Virus record (IMG/VR): IMGVR_UViG_3300037419_002203 | Location: 1 to 64,000 of that record | Origin: an uncultured virus (IMG/VR IMGVR_UViG_3300037419_002203) | Taxonomy: Duplodnaviria; Heunggongvirae; Uroviricota; Caudoviricetes | Direction: 5' to 3' (one strand) | DNA: 64,000 nucleotides | Program-made: the position numbers and the translations under genes | Shown here: positions 28,192 through 38,132 of the stretch, in pieces | Layout of the letters: the number at the start of each line of letters is the position of its first letter | Numbering within the stretch: position 1 is the stretch's first letter | Notes under the pieces: generated by a model | The model's input: only the letters and a program-made list of their open reading frames with translations | What the model was told of the DNA's origin: nothing | Databases searched by the model: none

Positions 28192-31170
28192 CTAGTCGCC
28201 CTGCAGCTTGCTCAGTACGTCCTTGGGTTGACTGTACGGTGCCGCGCACGGTACGGGGTTGCGCTGACCACGCGTCGGAAGCACCGCAGGCGCCTTGTCC
28301 TTGGTGGTGTCCAGCGCCGGGGGATCGACGTGCTTGTTGGTCACCGTCCGGGGTGAAGGCTTCGATGTAGGGTTCAGGTCGATCCGGCCGGAGGGGTCCA
28401 TCACGATGCACGCGGCACCCAGTTGGATGACCAACTTGTTGCCCGTCACGTCGATCTGCGCCTTGCCTCCATCCACGTCCAGCGTGATCGAGGTCTTGTC
28501 GCCGACCTGCGTTCCCTCCTGACCGAAGTAGTACGCCTTCTTGGCCGTCTGGATCAGCTCGTTCTTGACGATCAGCTGCCACGCGCCCGTCATGAAGCCC
28601 GTTGCCTTCTCGATCAGGTGGTAGAGCCACTGACCTCGCACGTCGTGCGCATCGGCCTCGGACAGCTTGTGCTGCGCCTGGTGTACCAACATACGCGCGG
28701 TCTGGCGAACCACCGGTGCTTCGTGTGCGATGGACGACCCCGCCTGCTGCAGCGAGAACTTGGACTGGTGAACGTGCCCTTCCGACTGCTGATCCAGCTT
28801 CACGCCCGTGGTCTTCGCCAAGGTCGTCGAGGCAAGCGCATTGGCGGTCTCCTTGACGATGCGCTCGACGTGTGCCGCACGCGCGGTTGGCAGGTCGGTG
28901 ATCTCCGCGTCTACCAACATCTTGGCAGCGCCCGCCACCGACGGCACCGACTTGGTCAACACGCTCTTGATGGTGTCGTGCTGATGCTCCAGCGCACCCG
29001 ACAGGTACGCCTGGGTGTCGGTGTTCTCCTTCAGGTGGTTGATGTCGTTGGCCTCCTCGGCCGACTCCACCGTCGTGCCGCCGCGTGCCTGGGCCAACAT
29101 CTCCGTGGCCGCGGCCATCGTCTTCTGCTGGTGGTCGAGGAGATCCTGGGTGGCAGTGACTGCCGCGGGCATACCCGCGTGGACCATATCCATCGCCGAG
29201 CCACTGTCCACGTTCGCCAGGGACTGCATGTAGGTGGTGTAGGCACCGCCCGCCGTGACTTCCTTGGCGTGCTCCGTGCCCACCTTGGCCATCTTGGAGA
29301 TGCGGTTGACGGTCTCCTTCTCGTTGCCCTCGTTCTTCTCGATGAGCAACAGCGAGCGTGTCATGATGGCCTGATTCGAGGCAGCATACGCGACCTCGGG
29401 ACCGATGTGACCGCCGAAGTTGTTCAGGATGTCCGGGGCCGCGGCCACCAGCGCTCGCAGATCCGTCGAGCCGAAGGGCTGTAGAGGATCGAGCACGGTG
29501 TGCGTCAGCGTCTTCTCTTCGGCCGTGAGCACATCGCTGGTGTCAACATGAACGATGTCGACACCCAGGTTGTTCCAGACACCGATCCAGTTGACGATCG
29601 TGTCGTGCTGGTCGTTGGTCAAGCGGTTGTTCGTAAAGTTGCTCGCCAGCTGGTCGGGCGCGCCAAGCACGGTCGGCCGGGCCAGGTAGCTCTCGTGCAG
29701 GTCGCGCACGAACGACACGAACGCCCCGCCGAACGCCGTCGAGTGGGACACCATCCGCGGAACGGTGCCCGGCTTCAGCGCGATGATGGCCTGGTAGACC
29801 TGCTGGAATGCCAGCAGGACTTCCAGCAGCTGTGCGTAGCGCGGATCACCCGCCTGGTAGTACGAAGGCAGCGACGATACCATGCTGTCGTAGCGCGGAT
29901 CGGGGTCGGTCACGAACTTCGCGATCTCACCGGCATAAGGCGAACCCAGTCGCTGGGCAATCGCGACCGGCGCATGGCCCACCAGGCTCTTGCCTGCAGC
30001 GGGCTCGCCGTCGTCCGCGTACGCCGCGTGCATCAGGTTGCCGGGCATTGCGCCCGTAGGGCAACGGCTGACCTGGGACAGGCTCTGACGCACCTGATCG
30101 GGGCGGTGGATCGGTGGCACTGGATCGTGCTTCAGTCCACAGTCGAAGCGCCAGCCGTGCAGCAGCTGGTGCAGGCCATCGGCCAGGTTGAGCGGTGCAA
30201 GCATCGCCATGCGCAGCATGCCGTCGAGCTGCATACCGAGGGCAGGCAGTCCCAGCCCTTGAGCAGCGAGCTGGGCGGCACGCGACAGGCTGTCGGCACC
30301 GCCGCCGAACAGACACTGACCGCCGACCGCGTTGAAGAGGTCGTTGCCCAGCTTCAGCGCGTTGTCCAGGAAGCTCAGCGGGTTGCCACCCGGCTGGTTC
30401 GGCCAGTCGCTGCGCATGCCGGAACTGCTGAACGAGCCGTACTTGCCGTGCTTCTTGTTGGGGTCGCGGATACCCAGCGGGATCTGGCGGATGGGTACCA
30501 TCGCTGCCGCCTGGTTGGTGGCATCGGCCAGACCGGAGCTTGCAAAGCCCGTCAACCAATCCACGCCGTCGCCCAGTCCATTCAGCAGACTGGCCATGCC
30601 GTCGCCCAGCGCCTTGGCGCCCAAGTCGGCGATGGCTGCCGCCTTGTTGCCCAGCGCGTTGATGAAGTCCAGGACATGCTGTGGCGTGCTCGCGATCGAG
30701 ATCAGCAGGCTGGAGAACTCGCCCAACACCTCGGCCCCCACAGCAGGCGCGACCTTGGCGATCTCCTTCGAGATGTGCTGCGGCTGCGTGGGCGTCGAGA
30801 CGATGGTGTCCTCGTCCGAGTCCTTCGTGCTCACTCGCGGATCGTTGTGATCGTAGTTGACCCCTGGCGTGGTGAACGGCAGCTGGAAGTCGGCCAGGAA
30901 GCCGCCCCCGAACACAGGCGCGCTCGTGCCGGGACAGCAGATCTCCGGGAAGGTGATCTGGGGCAGGTGCAGCTCGGGTAGCTGGAACGAGAACGACGGC
31001 AGCGTCAGCTGGGGGAACGCGAAGCAAGGATGGTCCGACTCCGGGATGTCGATGTTGTGTTCTGCCACCACCGGACCCGGCGCGATCTGGATGTCGGCGT
31101 TCGTCACGTCGTCGGGGTTGCCGCCAGGCGGGAACCCGTCGGTGTTGATGATGTCGTCTCCGATACCCAT
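28192..31170 (-). CDS. Large protein with helical core and C-terminal gp5/VgrG-like beta-helix (spike-associated)
   Basis: C-terminus SITLDVDGGKAQIDVTGNKLVIQLGAACIVMDPSGRIDLN; coupled to the OB-fold gene. Confidence 0.55.
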   Translation of the reverse strand: MGIGDDIINTDGFPPGGNPDDVTNADIQIAPGPVVAEHNIDIPESDHPCFAFPQLTLPSFSFQLPELHLPQITFPEICCPGTSAPVFGGGFLADFQLPFTTPGVNYDHNDPRVSTKDSDEDTIVSTPTQPQHISKEIAKVAPAVGAEVLGEFSSLLISIASTPQHVLDFINALGNKAAAIADLGAKALGDGMASLLNGLGDGVDWLTGFASSGLADATNQAAAMVPIRQIPLGIRDPNKKHGKYGSFSSSGMRSDWPNQPGGNPLSFLDNALKLGNDLFNAVGGQCLFGGGADSLSRAAQLAAQGLGLPALGMQLDGMLRMAMLAPLNLADGLHQLLHGWRFDCGLKHDPVPPIHRPDQVRQSLSQVSRCPTGAMPGNLMHAAYADDGEPAAGKSLVGHAPVAIAQRLGSPYAGEIAKFVTDPDPRYDSMVSSLPSYYQAGDPRYAQLLEVLLAFQQVYQAIIALKPGTVPRMVSHSTAFGGAFVSFVRDLHESYLARPTVLGAPDQLASNFTNNRLTNDQHDTIVNWIGVWNNLGVDIVHVDTSDVLTAEEKTLTHTVLDPLQPFGSTDLRALVAAAPDILNNFGGHIGPEVAYAASNQAIMTRSLLLIEKNEGNEKETVNRISKMAKVGTEHAKEVTAGGAYTTYMQSLANVDSGSAMDMVHAGMPAAVTATQDLLDHQQKTMAAATEMLAQARGGTTVESAEEANDINHLKENTDTQAYLSGALEHQHDTIKSVLTKSVPSVAGAAKMLVDAEITDLPTARAAHVERIVKETANALASTTLAKTTGVKLDQQSEGHVHQSKFSLQQAGSSIAHEAPVVRQTARMLVHQAQHKLSEADAHDVRGQWLYHLIEKATGFMTGAWQLIVKNELIQTAKKAYYFGQEGTQVGDKTSITLDVDGGKAQIDVTGNKLVIQLGAACIVMDPSGRIDLNPTSKPSPRTVTNKHVDPPALDTTKDKAPAVLPTRGQRNPVPCAAPYSQPKDVLSKLQGD

Positions 31171-31958
31171 TACATGCCCTCCGGCAAGCTGCCCGCGGCA
31201 AGCGCTCCGGCGCCCTGCCCGATGGCAACCGTGTCCGCCTGCGCCATCACCTGGCGCGCGTGCGTCAATGCGGTCGAGGTGGTGGCCTTCTCTGCCTGTC
31301 CGATCTGCTTCGAGATCGCGGCGAAGCCTTGGGCCAGCCCACCCATGTTGGTGGGGTCGAGCTTCGCCGCCATGTCCGCTGCCTGGGCCAGCGAGTTGGC
31401 CGCGAACATGCCGTGCATCTCGGGCTCGGTCTGGGAAAGACCCTTGTGCCGGGTGTCCGTGGCACCCTGCGCGTGGTGGGTCTCTTTGCCCACGATGAGC
31501 TGGCTGTGACCGCCCTGATCGTCCAGCATCTGGATCGAACCGGGGGTGTAATCATAACCAGAGCCCAAGCGCCCCTGCACGGCGTAGAAGTTCTTCTGAT
31601 CCTTGAGCGAGGGATGCGAGGGAGCGGGGTAGTCGCCCTCCGAGTACATGACGCCCGTGACCTCGGCCTGGCCGACACCACCGTGCTTGCCGTGCTTCAT
31701 CTCGACCTTGACTTCGGCCCCGTCGTGCGGCAGGGCGTGGATCCCCGTACCCGCTCCGGCCGACCACGGCACCGACACCCGCACGTTGTGCAGGGTGATG
31801 TTCATGAGGGGCAAGTAGACGTCGACGCGGTGCGGATCGCTCTTCTGCGATCCCTCCACCACGCGGCCGGTCATTGGACCCTTGGCGGGGTCTGCCCACT
31901 GGTCGTTGTAATGGCCGAAGGTGTCGTCCCAGGTAGGGCGGTTGAAGCCGAAGTCCAT
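31170..31958 (-). CDS. Baseplate assembly V / gp5 OB-fold protein
   Basis: GRVV....DP.RV.V.LP...RV..PW...G.G.H.LP..G.EV.V...HG. Confidence 0.75.
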   Translation of the reverse strand: MDFGFNRPTWDDTFGHYNDQWADPAKGPMTGRVVEGSQKSDPHRVDVYLPLMNITLHNVRVSVPWSAGAGTGIHALPHDGAEVKVEMKHGKHGGVGQAEVTGVMYSEGDYPAPSHPSLKDQKNFYAVQGRLGSGYDYTPGSIQMLDDQGGHSQLIVGKETHHAQGATDTRHKGLSQTEPEMHGMFAANSLAQAADMAAKLDPTNMGGLAQGFAAISKQIGQAEKATTSTALTHARQVMAQADTVAIGQGAGALAAGSLPEGM

Positions 31959-31959
31959 A

Positions 31960-33588
31960 CTAACCTCCCGACGCCGACGTGTCCTGGGTGTTGCCCAGGT
32001 TGTCGAGCGTGATGGGCTTGCCGTTGTTGGTTTGGTGCACGATGTAAGGCGCCCAGTCCTGACCAGGTGGCTTCTCGGCCGTACTCATGGCCTTCTTGAC
32101 CGCGTTGATGGTCTTGATCTTGTTCTCGTCGGCTTCCGCGAAGGCAATGGCCGTCTTGAAGCCCTTGGCAGGACCCTGAGCCACCAGTTGGTGCGTAACG
32201 GCTTCGGCGCGGAAGGTCTCGCCCTCGAAGAAGCCGAAGTTGAAGATGCGAACGGCCGTGCCCGCGCGCACCCCCTCGTCGCCGGGGATGATCGCCGTAC
32301 CCGCCCGCACGTCCTTGCCCCAGATGCGGAACATGGCGTCCACGAGCCCTTGGGCGTTCGCGATGTCGGTCGAGGTGATCGTGTCGTCGAAGATGTAGCG
32401 CGTGCGGCGCGTGAAGTGGCGCAGACCGGGGAACGCATCGGGGATGTTGGCCGCGAAGAAGCGGTCATCGGGCAGACGGCCCGAGACATTCACCACACCG
32501 GCGCTGGGCAACGCGGGATCGCCCGCGCTCTTGTTCTGTGCCTGCGGGTTGACCACGATCAGTTCGGAGATGGTGCCGATCGTGCTCCAGTCGGTCTCGG
32601 CCGAGATGACGTTGGGCGGATAAGTCACCCCGTTGATCGTTGCGGGCACGAGGAACGACAACACGTAGGGGTTGTCGAAGTTGTCCGTGAAGCGGGTCTT
32701 CCAGGAGATCTGACCGCCGCCGTTCTGCTCGTCACCGATCTCCGCGAACAGCTCGCGCGGCTGTGCCTCCAGGCTGGCGATGTGCTTGATCACCTCCAAC
32801 GGGAAGCGGTTCATGATGTTGAAGCCCATGATGCCGCCGTCCACGTCCTGGGGCGGGGTCACCGGGCGCGTCGACTTCTCGATGGCCGGGGCGGTCAGCG
32901 CCCGCGTGTCGTTGGACGCGGTCTTGTACTCCGTGTCACCCGGCTGGAAGTGCTCGACCAGGGGCGCGGGCAGGCAACCACCGTTGGAACCGGCATAGAT
33001 GAGCCAGCCGATGATCTTGTGCTTGTCCAGGACACCGGAGTTGAAGTCCTTGGCGGCAATGCCCATCGCATCGGCAACCTCGTTGAGGGTCAGGGGCTGT
33101 TCTTGCGAGCGCACGGCGCCTGCCCCGGCACTCTGGTAGATCTGCCAGTTCTGTCCGAAGATCTGACCGCTGAACTTGTTGTCGATCAGGAACCGCATGG
33201 AGTCACGGCACGAGATCGTGACCTTGACGCCCTTCGAGGTGCACTTGGCGTTGATGGTGTCGACGTAGCCGAAGAAGACGCGGTTGCGGCGTGTGACCAG
33301 CTTGTCGCTGAACAACGCGCTCGCGTAGCCCATGTCGATGATGATGGGATCTTCCGGTGCGATGTCCAGTTCCTTGGCGAGATCGAGCTTGCGATCGTTG
33401 GTCGACAGGATGCGGCGCGTCAGGGTGAACTGCGCGCTGGACGACGCCCACAGGCGGGTCTGAGAAACCTTGGCCGAGAAGAGCTTCCACGGGGTACCAC
33501 GACCGAAAACGGGGTCGGGGCTTGTCGCCCGCCCCGTTCGGTCCGCCCGGTAGACAGCTCCCCACGGAAACGTGTGGTGCTGGCTCAT
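31960..33588 (-). CDS. Baseplate hub protein (gp27/GpD-like)
   Basis: VFFGYVD.I......V.ISCRD.M..L and IPGD..VR.G..VRI...F..E.V.H motifs. Confidence 0.7.
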   Translation of the reverse strand: MSQHHTFPWGAVYRADRTGRATSPDPVFGRGTPWKLFSAKVSQTRLWASSSAQFTLTRRILSTNDRKLDLAKELDIAPEDPIIIDMGYASALFSDKLVTRRNRVFFGYVDTINAKCTSKGVKVTISCRDSMRFLIDNKFSGQIFGQNWQIYQSAGAGAVRSQEQPLTLNEVADAMGIAAKDFNSGVLDKHKIIGWLIYAGSNGGCLPAPLVEHFQPGDTEYKTASNDTRALTAPAIEKSTRPVTPPQDVDGGIMGFNIMNRFPLEVIKHIASLEAQPRELFAEIGDEQNGGGQISWKTRFTDNFDNPYVLSFLVPATINGVTYPPNVISAETDWSTIGTISELIVVNPQAQNKSAGDPALPSAGVVNVSGRLPDDRFFAANIPDAFPGLRHFTRRTRYIFDDTITSTDIANAQGLVDAMFRIWGKDVRAGTAIIPGDEGVRAGTAVRIFNFGFFEGETFRAEAVTHQLVAQGPAKGFKTAIAFAEADENKIKTINAVKKAMSTAEKPPGQDWAPYIVHQTNNGKPITLDNLGNTQDTSASGG

Positions 33589-33591
33589 TGG

Positions 33592-34284
33592 TTAGCTGAA
33601 GTTCGTGAGGTTCGGTTGGGTGCCGGGAATCGTGTTCGCCACACCGTCCTGGAACGACTTGAAGAAGTTGCCCTGACCACCGATGTTCTTGGCCGGGGTG
33701 TCGTTCGACAACGTCGGCGTCTTGAGACCGTCGATGATCGAGTAGTCCGACGTGATGGCCGTGAAGCCCTCGGCGACGCCCTGCCACTGCACGGCGACAA
33801 CGTGACGACCCGACGTGGCCGCCAAGTGCCAGGAGTCGATCTTGCAGGTCTCCAGAACGAAGCGACCCGTGACGTCGCGGTTCCAGGTACCGTCGATGTC
33901 GATCGAGCTGATCGCGCCTTCCAGCACGTCCGCGTCGACCGGGTTCATCGAGAAGGTGATCTCGAAGCGCGGCGAGCGGCCGAAGCGCTTGCGGCGGGTG
34001 ATCTGGTTGAAGCCGAAGGTCTGCTGGAAGACGTTGACGTCGAGCAGGCCCTTCTCCAGAACGTAGGCGATCTGGAACTCACCGTCCAGGTAGCGCGGGT
34101 AGCGCTGGCCCATCTCCAGGTAGATCTCGGTGGCGTTGCGGACGGTCATCACGATCGACGTGAACTGACCGAGCAGCACCTTGCCACCCGAGGACTGGTC
34201 GGCCACCCAGCAGCCGACGTCAAAGCCCTGAAGGGGGTCGGCGCCGCCCTGGTTGAGCATGTTGGACTTGATGCTACCGGCCAT
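33592..34284 (-). CDS. Tail tube protein
   Basis: After sheath; Y.EMGQR.P.YLDGEFQI...LEKG, RF.ITF. Confidence 0.75.
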   Translation of the reverse strand: MAGSIKSNMLNQGGADPLQGFDVGCWVADQSSGGKVLLGQFTSIVMTVRNATEIYLEMGQRYPRYLDGEFQIAYVLEKGLLDVNVFQQTFGFNQITRRKRFGRSPRFEITFSMNPVDADVLEGAISSIDIDGTWNRDVTGRFVLETCKIDSWHLAATSGRHVVAVQWQGVAEGFTAITSDYSIIDGLKTPTLSNDTPAKNIGGQGNFFKSFQDGVANTIPGTQPNLTNFS

Positions 34285-34353
34285 CTTGGTGACTCCTCTT
34301 CTTCAGGGACCGCTCCTCATGGTAAGGATGTGGTCATGTGTGATCTGGGCGCT

Positions 34354-35634
34354 TTAAGTGCTCTTGGAGGGTGGGGTGGGTGGACCTTCCACAAAGGTCT
34401 TGAAGTAGTACCCTTCGGTGTCCTGCTGATACGCCACGTTCGCGTTCGCACCCGCGTTCGGGTCACCCGTCGCGCGCGAGTGGGGGCTTTCCGTTGGGCT
34501 GGGTCCCGGTAGCGCGTAGGATCGCTGGCCCTGACCCGCAGGACGCACCTCGCCCGTGTTGCCCGACCCAACTGGATCGGGGTGGGGCCGCACCTCGCCC
34601 GTGTTGCCGGAGAGGCTGCCCAGGCTGACACGCAGGGTCGTGATCTGGTCGTCCAGGCTCGCCAGCAGAGGCACCGCCAGTGCGGGGTCGAGCGCCCCCA
34701 ACCCCGAGGCAACGGCTGCACGCGTGACTTGCAGCGCCGCCAACATCTGAGCGGGGGATCCGCCCCATTGGTTGATGGCCGAGCTAACACCCTCGTGGCT
34801 GCGCACGGCACCCAACTGGCGGTCGATCGAGTCCAGCAATGCCTGCTTTCCAGGGAAGTCTGGCAGGCTCGCGAGCACCTGCTTCTCCGCGTTCAGGATC
34901 ATCTCGGGGCTGATCCAGTCAGGGTAGAGTTGGTACGACGCGGGTGTTACGCGTGGCGATGTCGAGGCGTAGTCCGCGTAGTCCTGGAAGAAGAACGTCG
35001 GCAGCTCGATCGGGTCGGTCGGACGTCCCTGCACATCGTAGCCGCTGCGCTTGTTGAATGGCATGTTGTCGAGCGTCAGCGGCTCGGCCCAGATCTGCTG
35101 AGCCAACCCCTTCCACTGGGTGACCACGATCTCGCGCCCAGCGCGTGCGCCGAGTCCCCATTCATCGACCTTCGCCATCTCCAGTACCACGCGACCGCTG
35201 GGCGTACGCTCGATCTTCTGACCGAACGCCATGCAGGCTTCGTCTAGCGCGGCGAAGTCTACGGGATCGATGGCGAACGTGATCTTGAAACGTGGACTGC
35301 GTACGTAACGATTCAGCCAGTTGTAGGTCTTGAAGCCGAACGTCTCGCGGAACACGTTGACGTCGAGCAGCCCCTTGTCCATGGTGAAGCTGATCTGCTT
35401 CTCGCCGTCCAGGTAGATGGGCGTATCGTAACCCACCGGCTTGTAGGGCTCGGAGGCCACCTTGACCCAGATCTGGATCTGGGTGAACTGGCCCATGAGC
35501 ACGTCCTTGTGCCCGCGCCCCATGTCCTGGACGAAAACGCCCACGTCGAATCCCTGGATGGGGTCCGGCCCACCCACGTTGATGACCTTCGAGTCGACGG
35601 ACTGCTTCGAGCCCACCTTCGGGTCGATCTGCAC
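34354..35634 (-). CDS. Tail tube paralog with C-terminal extension
   Basis: First ~190 aa closely paralogous to 33592-34284 (DP.QGFDVG, YLDGE, KGLLDVNVF, RSPRF.ITF). Confidence 0.75.
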   Translation of the reverse strand: MQIDPKVGSKQSVDSKVINVGGPDPIQGFDVGVFVQDMGRGHKDVLMGQFTQIQIWVKVASEPYKPVGYDTPIYLDGEKQISFTMDKGLLDVNVFRETFGFKTYNWLNRYVRSPRFKITFAIDPVDFAALDEACMAFGQKIERTPSGRVVLEMAKVDEWGLGARAGREIVVTQWKGLAQQIWAEPLTLDNMPFNKRSGYDVQGRPTDPIELPTFFFQDYADYASTSPRVTPASYQLYPDWISPEMILNAEKQVLASLPDFPGKQALLDSIDRQLGAVRSHEGVSSAINQWGGSPAQMLAALQVTRAAVASGLGALDPALAVPLLASLDDQITTLRVSLGSLSGNTGEVRPHPDPVGSGNTGEVRPAGQGQRSYALPGPSPTESPHSRATGDPNAGANANVAYQQDTEGYYFKTFVEGPPTPPSKST

Positions 35635-35662
35635 GGGATGCTCCTACGAAGTGGGTCCGGGT

Positions 35663-35686
35663 CGGAACCCGGACCCTTCGTCCATT
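35663..35686. repeat. Intergenic hairpin after sheath gene
   Basis: GGGTCCGGGT-CGGA-ACCCGGACCC; no long U-tract, so attenuator or stabiliser. Confidence 0.6.
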
Positions 35687-35689
35687 TGC

Positions 35690-38116
35690 CTAGACGTCCG
35701 TCGCCAGGCGGTGCATGCCGTAGTCGATCTCGTCCGCGGGGTACACGGGGTACCACTGGAAGTCGATGCGCACGCCCTTGCCCTGCGTCTTGGCCGAGAT
35801 GATGGTGCCGCCCTTGATCTTGCCGACCGCCGCGAGACCATTGAGGTAGGTCTGGGCCATCGCCGCGATGTTCTGGAGCAGATCGCCGCCCTTCGGCTCG
35901 CTCTTCTCCGCCTGCGAGGCGAAGTAGAGGTCGGTCTTGATGCGGTTCGCCATCCGGCGGATGCAGACGTAGTACTCGGCCGCATCCGAGGACAGCGTAC
36001 GACCGTTCAGGCGGTGGTAGCCGTTCGTCGCCGGGTCGAGGACCAAGGCTTCGAGACGACCGTCCGTGTACGCCTGGAAGTCGACGTCGTCGTTCTCCGT
36101 GTCGACCGCACCCACCGTCTTGAAGTACGGCGAGCTGCTACGGGCGGCAGGCGAGACGTGCTCCGGTGTGGCGCACAGCGCACCGACATAGAAGCCATCC
36201 GGCGACACGCCCAGCTCCGGCAGGCGGGGCTGACCCGTGTACGTCGCCCAGCCCGCCACCATCACGGCCGAACCGGTCGTGGTGTCGTAGCCCGTGGCTG
36301 CCGTGGCCGCGCTGGTGGCGTCAACACGGCGGGCCGCGTTCAGGATGGCAATGCGCAGGCCCTTCAGGATCGTCGCATTCTCCGCCTGGGCAAGCAGCGC
36401 GTGACGGATCGCATCCGACGTCTGGCCGGGCGCGAAGATGATGTTCGCGCGCTTGGTAGCCAGCAGGCGGATGGCCGCCAGGTAGTCATCTTCGGTGATG
36501 GTGGAGCCGTCGAGGCCACCCGACAGGAAGCCGGTGCCCGTGGGCAGGTTGATGTTGTTGAAGTCGGCGTTCGGCGACAGGACGCCACGGACCGTGATCG
36601 AGCTGCGCAGCGCCGCGATCTCACGCCCGTTGATCAGGTCACCCGGCGTGAACGCCAGCGTGATCGTCTCGCTCTTGTTGTCGGAGTTGGTCAGCTTCAC
36701 GTCCACCGTACCGGCCTTGGTGCCGGGGATGAACGTGTACTTGATGAAGTTGCCGTCCGAACCCTCGCCGATGGCCGTCAGGGTCAGGTCGCCGCTGGTC
36801 ACCGACGCCTTCGCCGCACCGTCCAGACCACCCGTCAGGTTGCCGCTGGTCGGGTTGATCGTGAGGTCGGAGGTCAGGTTGCCGGTTTCCGCCAAAGCGT
36901 ACTGGATCGCGTTGCCCGCCGCACCCGGCGTCTTCGCCGTCAGGACGATCTTGTTCAGCACGGAGTCGTAGACCGCCACGACGGATGCCTGCGCATCCTG
37001 GTTGACAGTCGTAACGAACGCCGCGTCGATCGCCAGGGCGGTCTCGGCCGCGGTCAGCGCCACGGTGTAGTTCTTGACGACCACACCATCGATCACCGTC
37101 AGGGTCAGCGTCTCGTAGGAGCTGGCCGAACGGGTGATGACGGTGAGCTGGATCGCGTTGGCCGCGGCACCCGCGGTCTTGGCCGTCAGGGTGATGACGG
37201 CAGCCGAGTTGTTCGCGGTCACGTCGGGATCGCCGCTGCCCGCGTTGATGGCTGCCACCAGACCCGCCGCGACGTTCGTGGTGGTGTTGCCCGCCACGAC
37301 GCGGTAGGTGTAGGTGCGGCTCGTGGAGCCGTTGGTCACGATCAGCACGACGCGGTCGTCGGCCGTGATGGTGCCGCCGATGGTGTCGGTCGCCGTTGCC
37401 GCGATGGCCGCCGCACCGGTTGCCAGGGTGGCCGCCGAGCGGGTTGCCGTGACAGTCGCGCTACCACCCGTGCCTTGGGCCACGGCGCCTGCCAACGTGA
37501 TGGAGTTGCCACCCGCACCCGCGGTCTTGGCGGTCAGGGTCACGACGGCACCACTCACGGTTGCCGCCACGGTCGGATCGCCCGCACCGTTGTTGGACGC
37601 GTTGATGACGGCCATCGCCCCCGCCGCGATGCTGTTGACGGTGTCACCCGCCACGACCGTGTAGTCGTAGGCCACGCCACCGATGGTGATCGTCACGACG
37701 TTGCCCACCGTGACCGTGCCCGCGATGGTGACCGTGCCCGTGGCCGCGATGGCGTTCGCACCACCCGTCAGGGTGGGGTTGTTGAGCGTCTGGGTCTCGG
37801 TGGGCGAGACGTTGGCAACGGCACCGCCGATGGTGAACTGCGCGCTGGCCGAGCGGGCGGCGCCCAGGACACGCACGAAGCCGGTGTCGGTGGCGCCTTC
37901 GTCGCGGGCGCACTGCAGACCGACGGAGCCCTCGGAGAGGTCACGGCCGATCTTGTCGTCCAGCTGGGTGTCGCTGGAGACGAGGATCACGTCACCCAGC
38001 GCGCCGCGCTTCGACTTACCGACCGCCACGGCGCGGTTCAGCGCCTGCTGCTGGACCGGAAGGGGACCGTCGATGATCTCTTCGATCGAGACGTTGGGGA
38101 AAGAAACTGCCGACAT
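35690..38116 (-). CDS. Contractile tail sheath protein with repeated insertion domains
   Basis: P.VSIEE, G...RG, FVRV at N-terminus; FLSGG.DG, NGRTLS...Y.C.RR, ID....PVYPA..I at C-terminus. Confidence 0.9.
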   Translation of the reverse strand: MSAVSFPNVSIEEIIDGPLPVQQQALNRAVAVGKSKRGALGDVILVSSDTQLDDKIGRDLSEGSVGLQCARDEGATDTGFVRVLGAARSASAQFTIGGAVANVSPTETQTLNNPTLTGGANAIAATGTVTIAGTVTVGNVVTITIGGVAYDYTVVAGDTVNSIAAGAMAVINASNNGAGDPTVAATVSGAVVTLTAKTAGAGGNSITLAGAVAQGTGGSATVTATRSAATLATGAAAIAATATDTIGGTITADDRVVLIVTNGSTSRTYTYRVVAGNTTTNVAAGLVAAINAGSGDPDVTANNSAAVITLTAKTAGAAANAIQLTVITRSASSYETLTLTVIDGVVVKNYTVALTAAETALAIDAAFVTTVNQDAQASVVAVYDSVLNKIVLTAKTPGAAGNAIQYALAETGNLTSDLTINPTSGNLTGGLDGAAKASVTSGDLTLTAIGEGSDGNFIKYTFIPGTKAGTVDVKLTNSDNKSETITLAFTPGDLINGREIAALRSSITVRGVLSPNADFNNINLPTGTGFLSGGLDGSTITEDDYLAAIRLLATKRANIIFAPGQTSDAIRHALLAQAENATILKGLRIAILNAARRVDATSAATAATGYDTTTGSAVMVAGWATYTGQPRLPELGVSPDGFYVGALCATPEHVSPAARSSSPYFKTVGAVDTENDDVDFQAYTDGRLEALVLDPATNGYHRLNGRTLSSDAAEYYVCIRRMANRIKTDLYFASQAEKSEPKGGDLLQNIAAMAQTYLNGLAAVGKIKGGTIISAKTQGKGVRIDFQWYPVYPADEIDYGMHRLATDV

Positions 38117-38132
38117 CGAGTGTCTCCTTTAC

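Noticed and set aside
24739..38116. Tailocin, eCIS or T6SS locus
   Set aside because: Portal, protease and major capsid genes are in the same operon, so this is a phage
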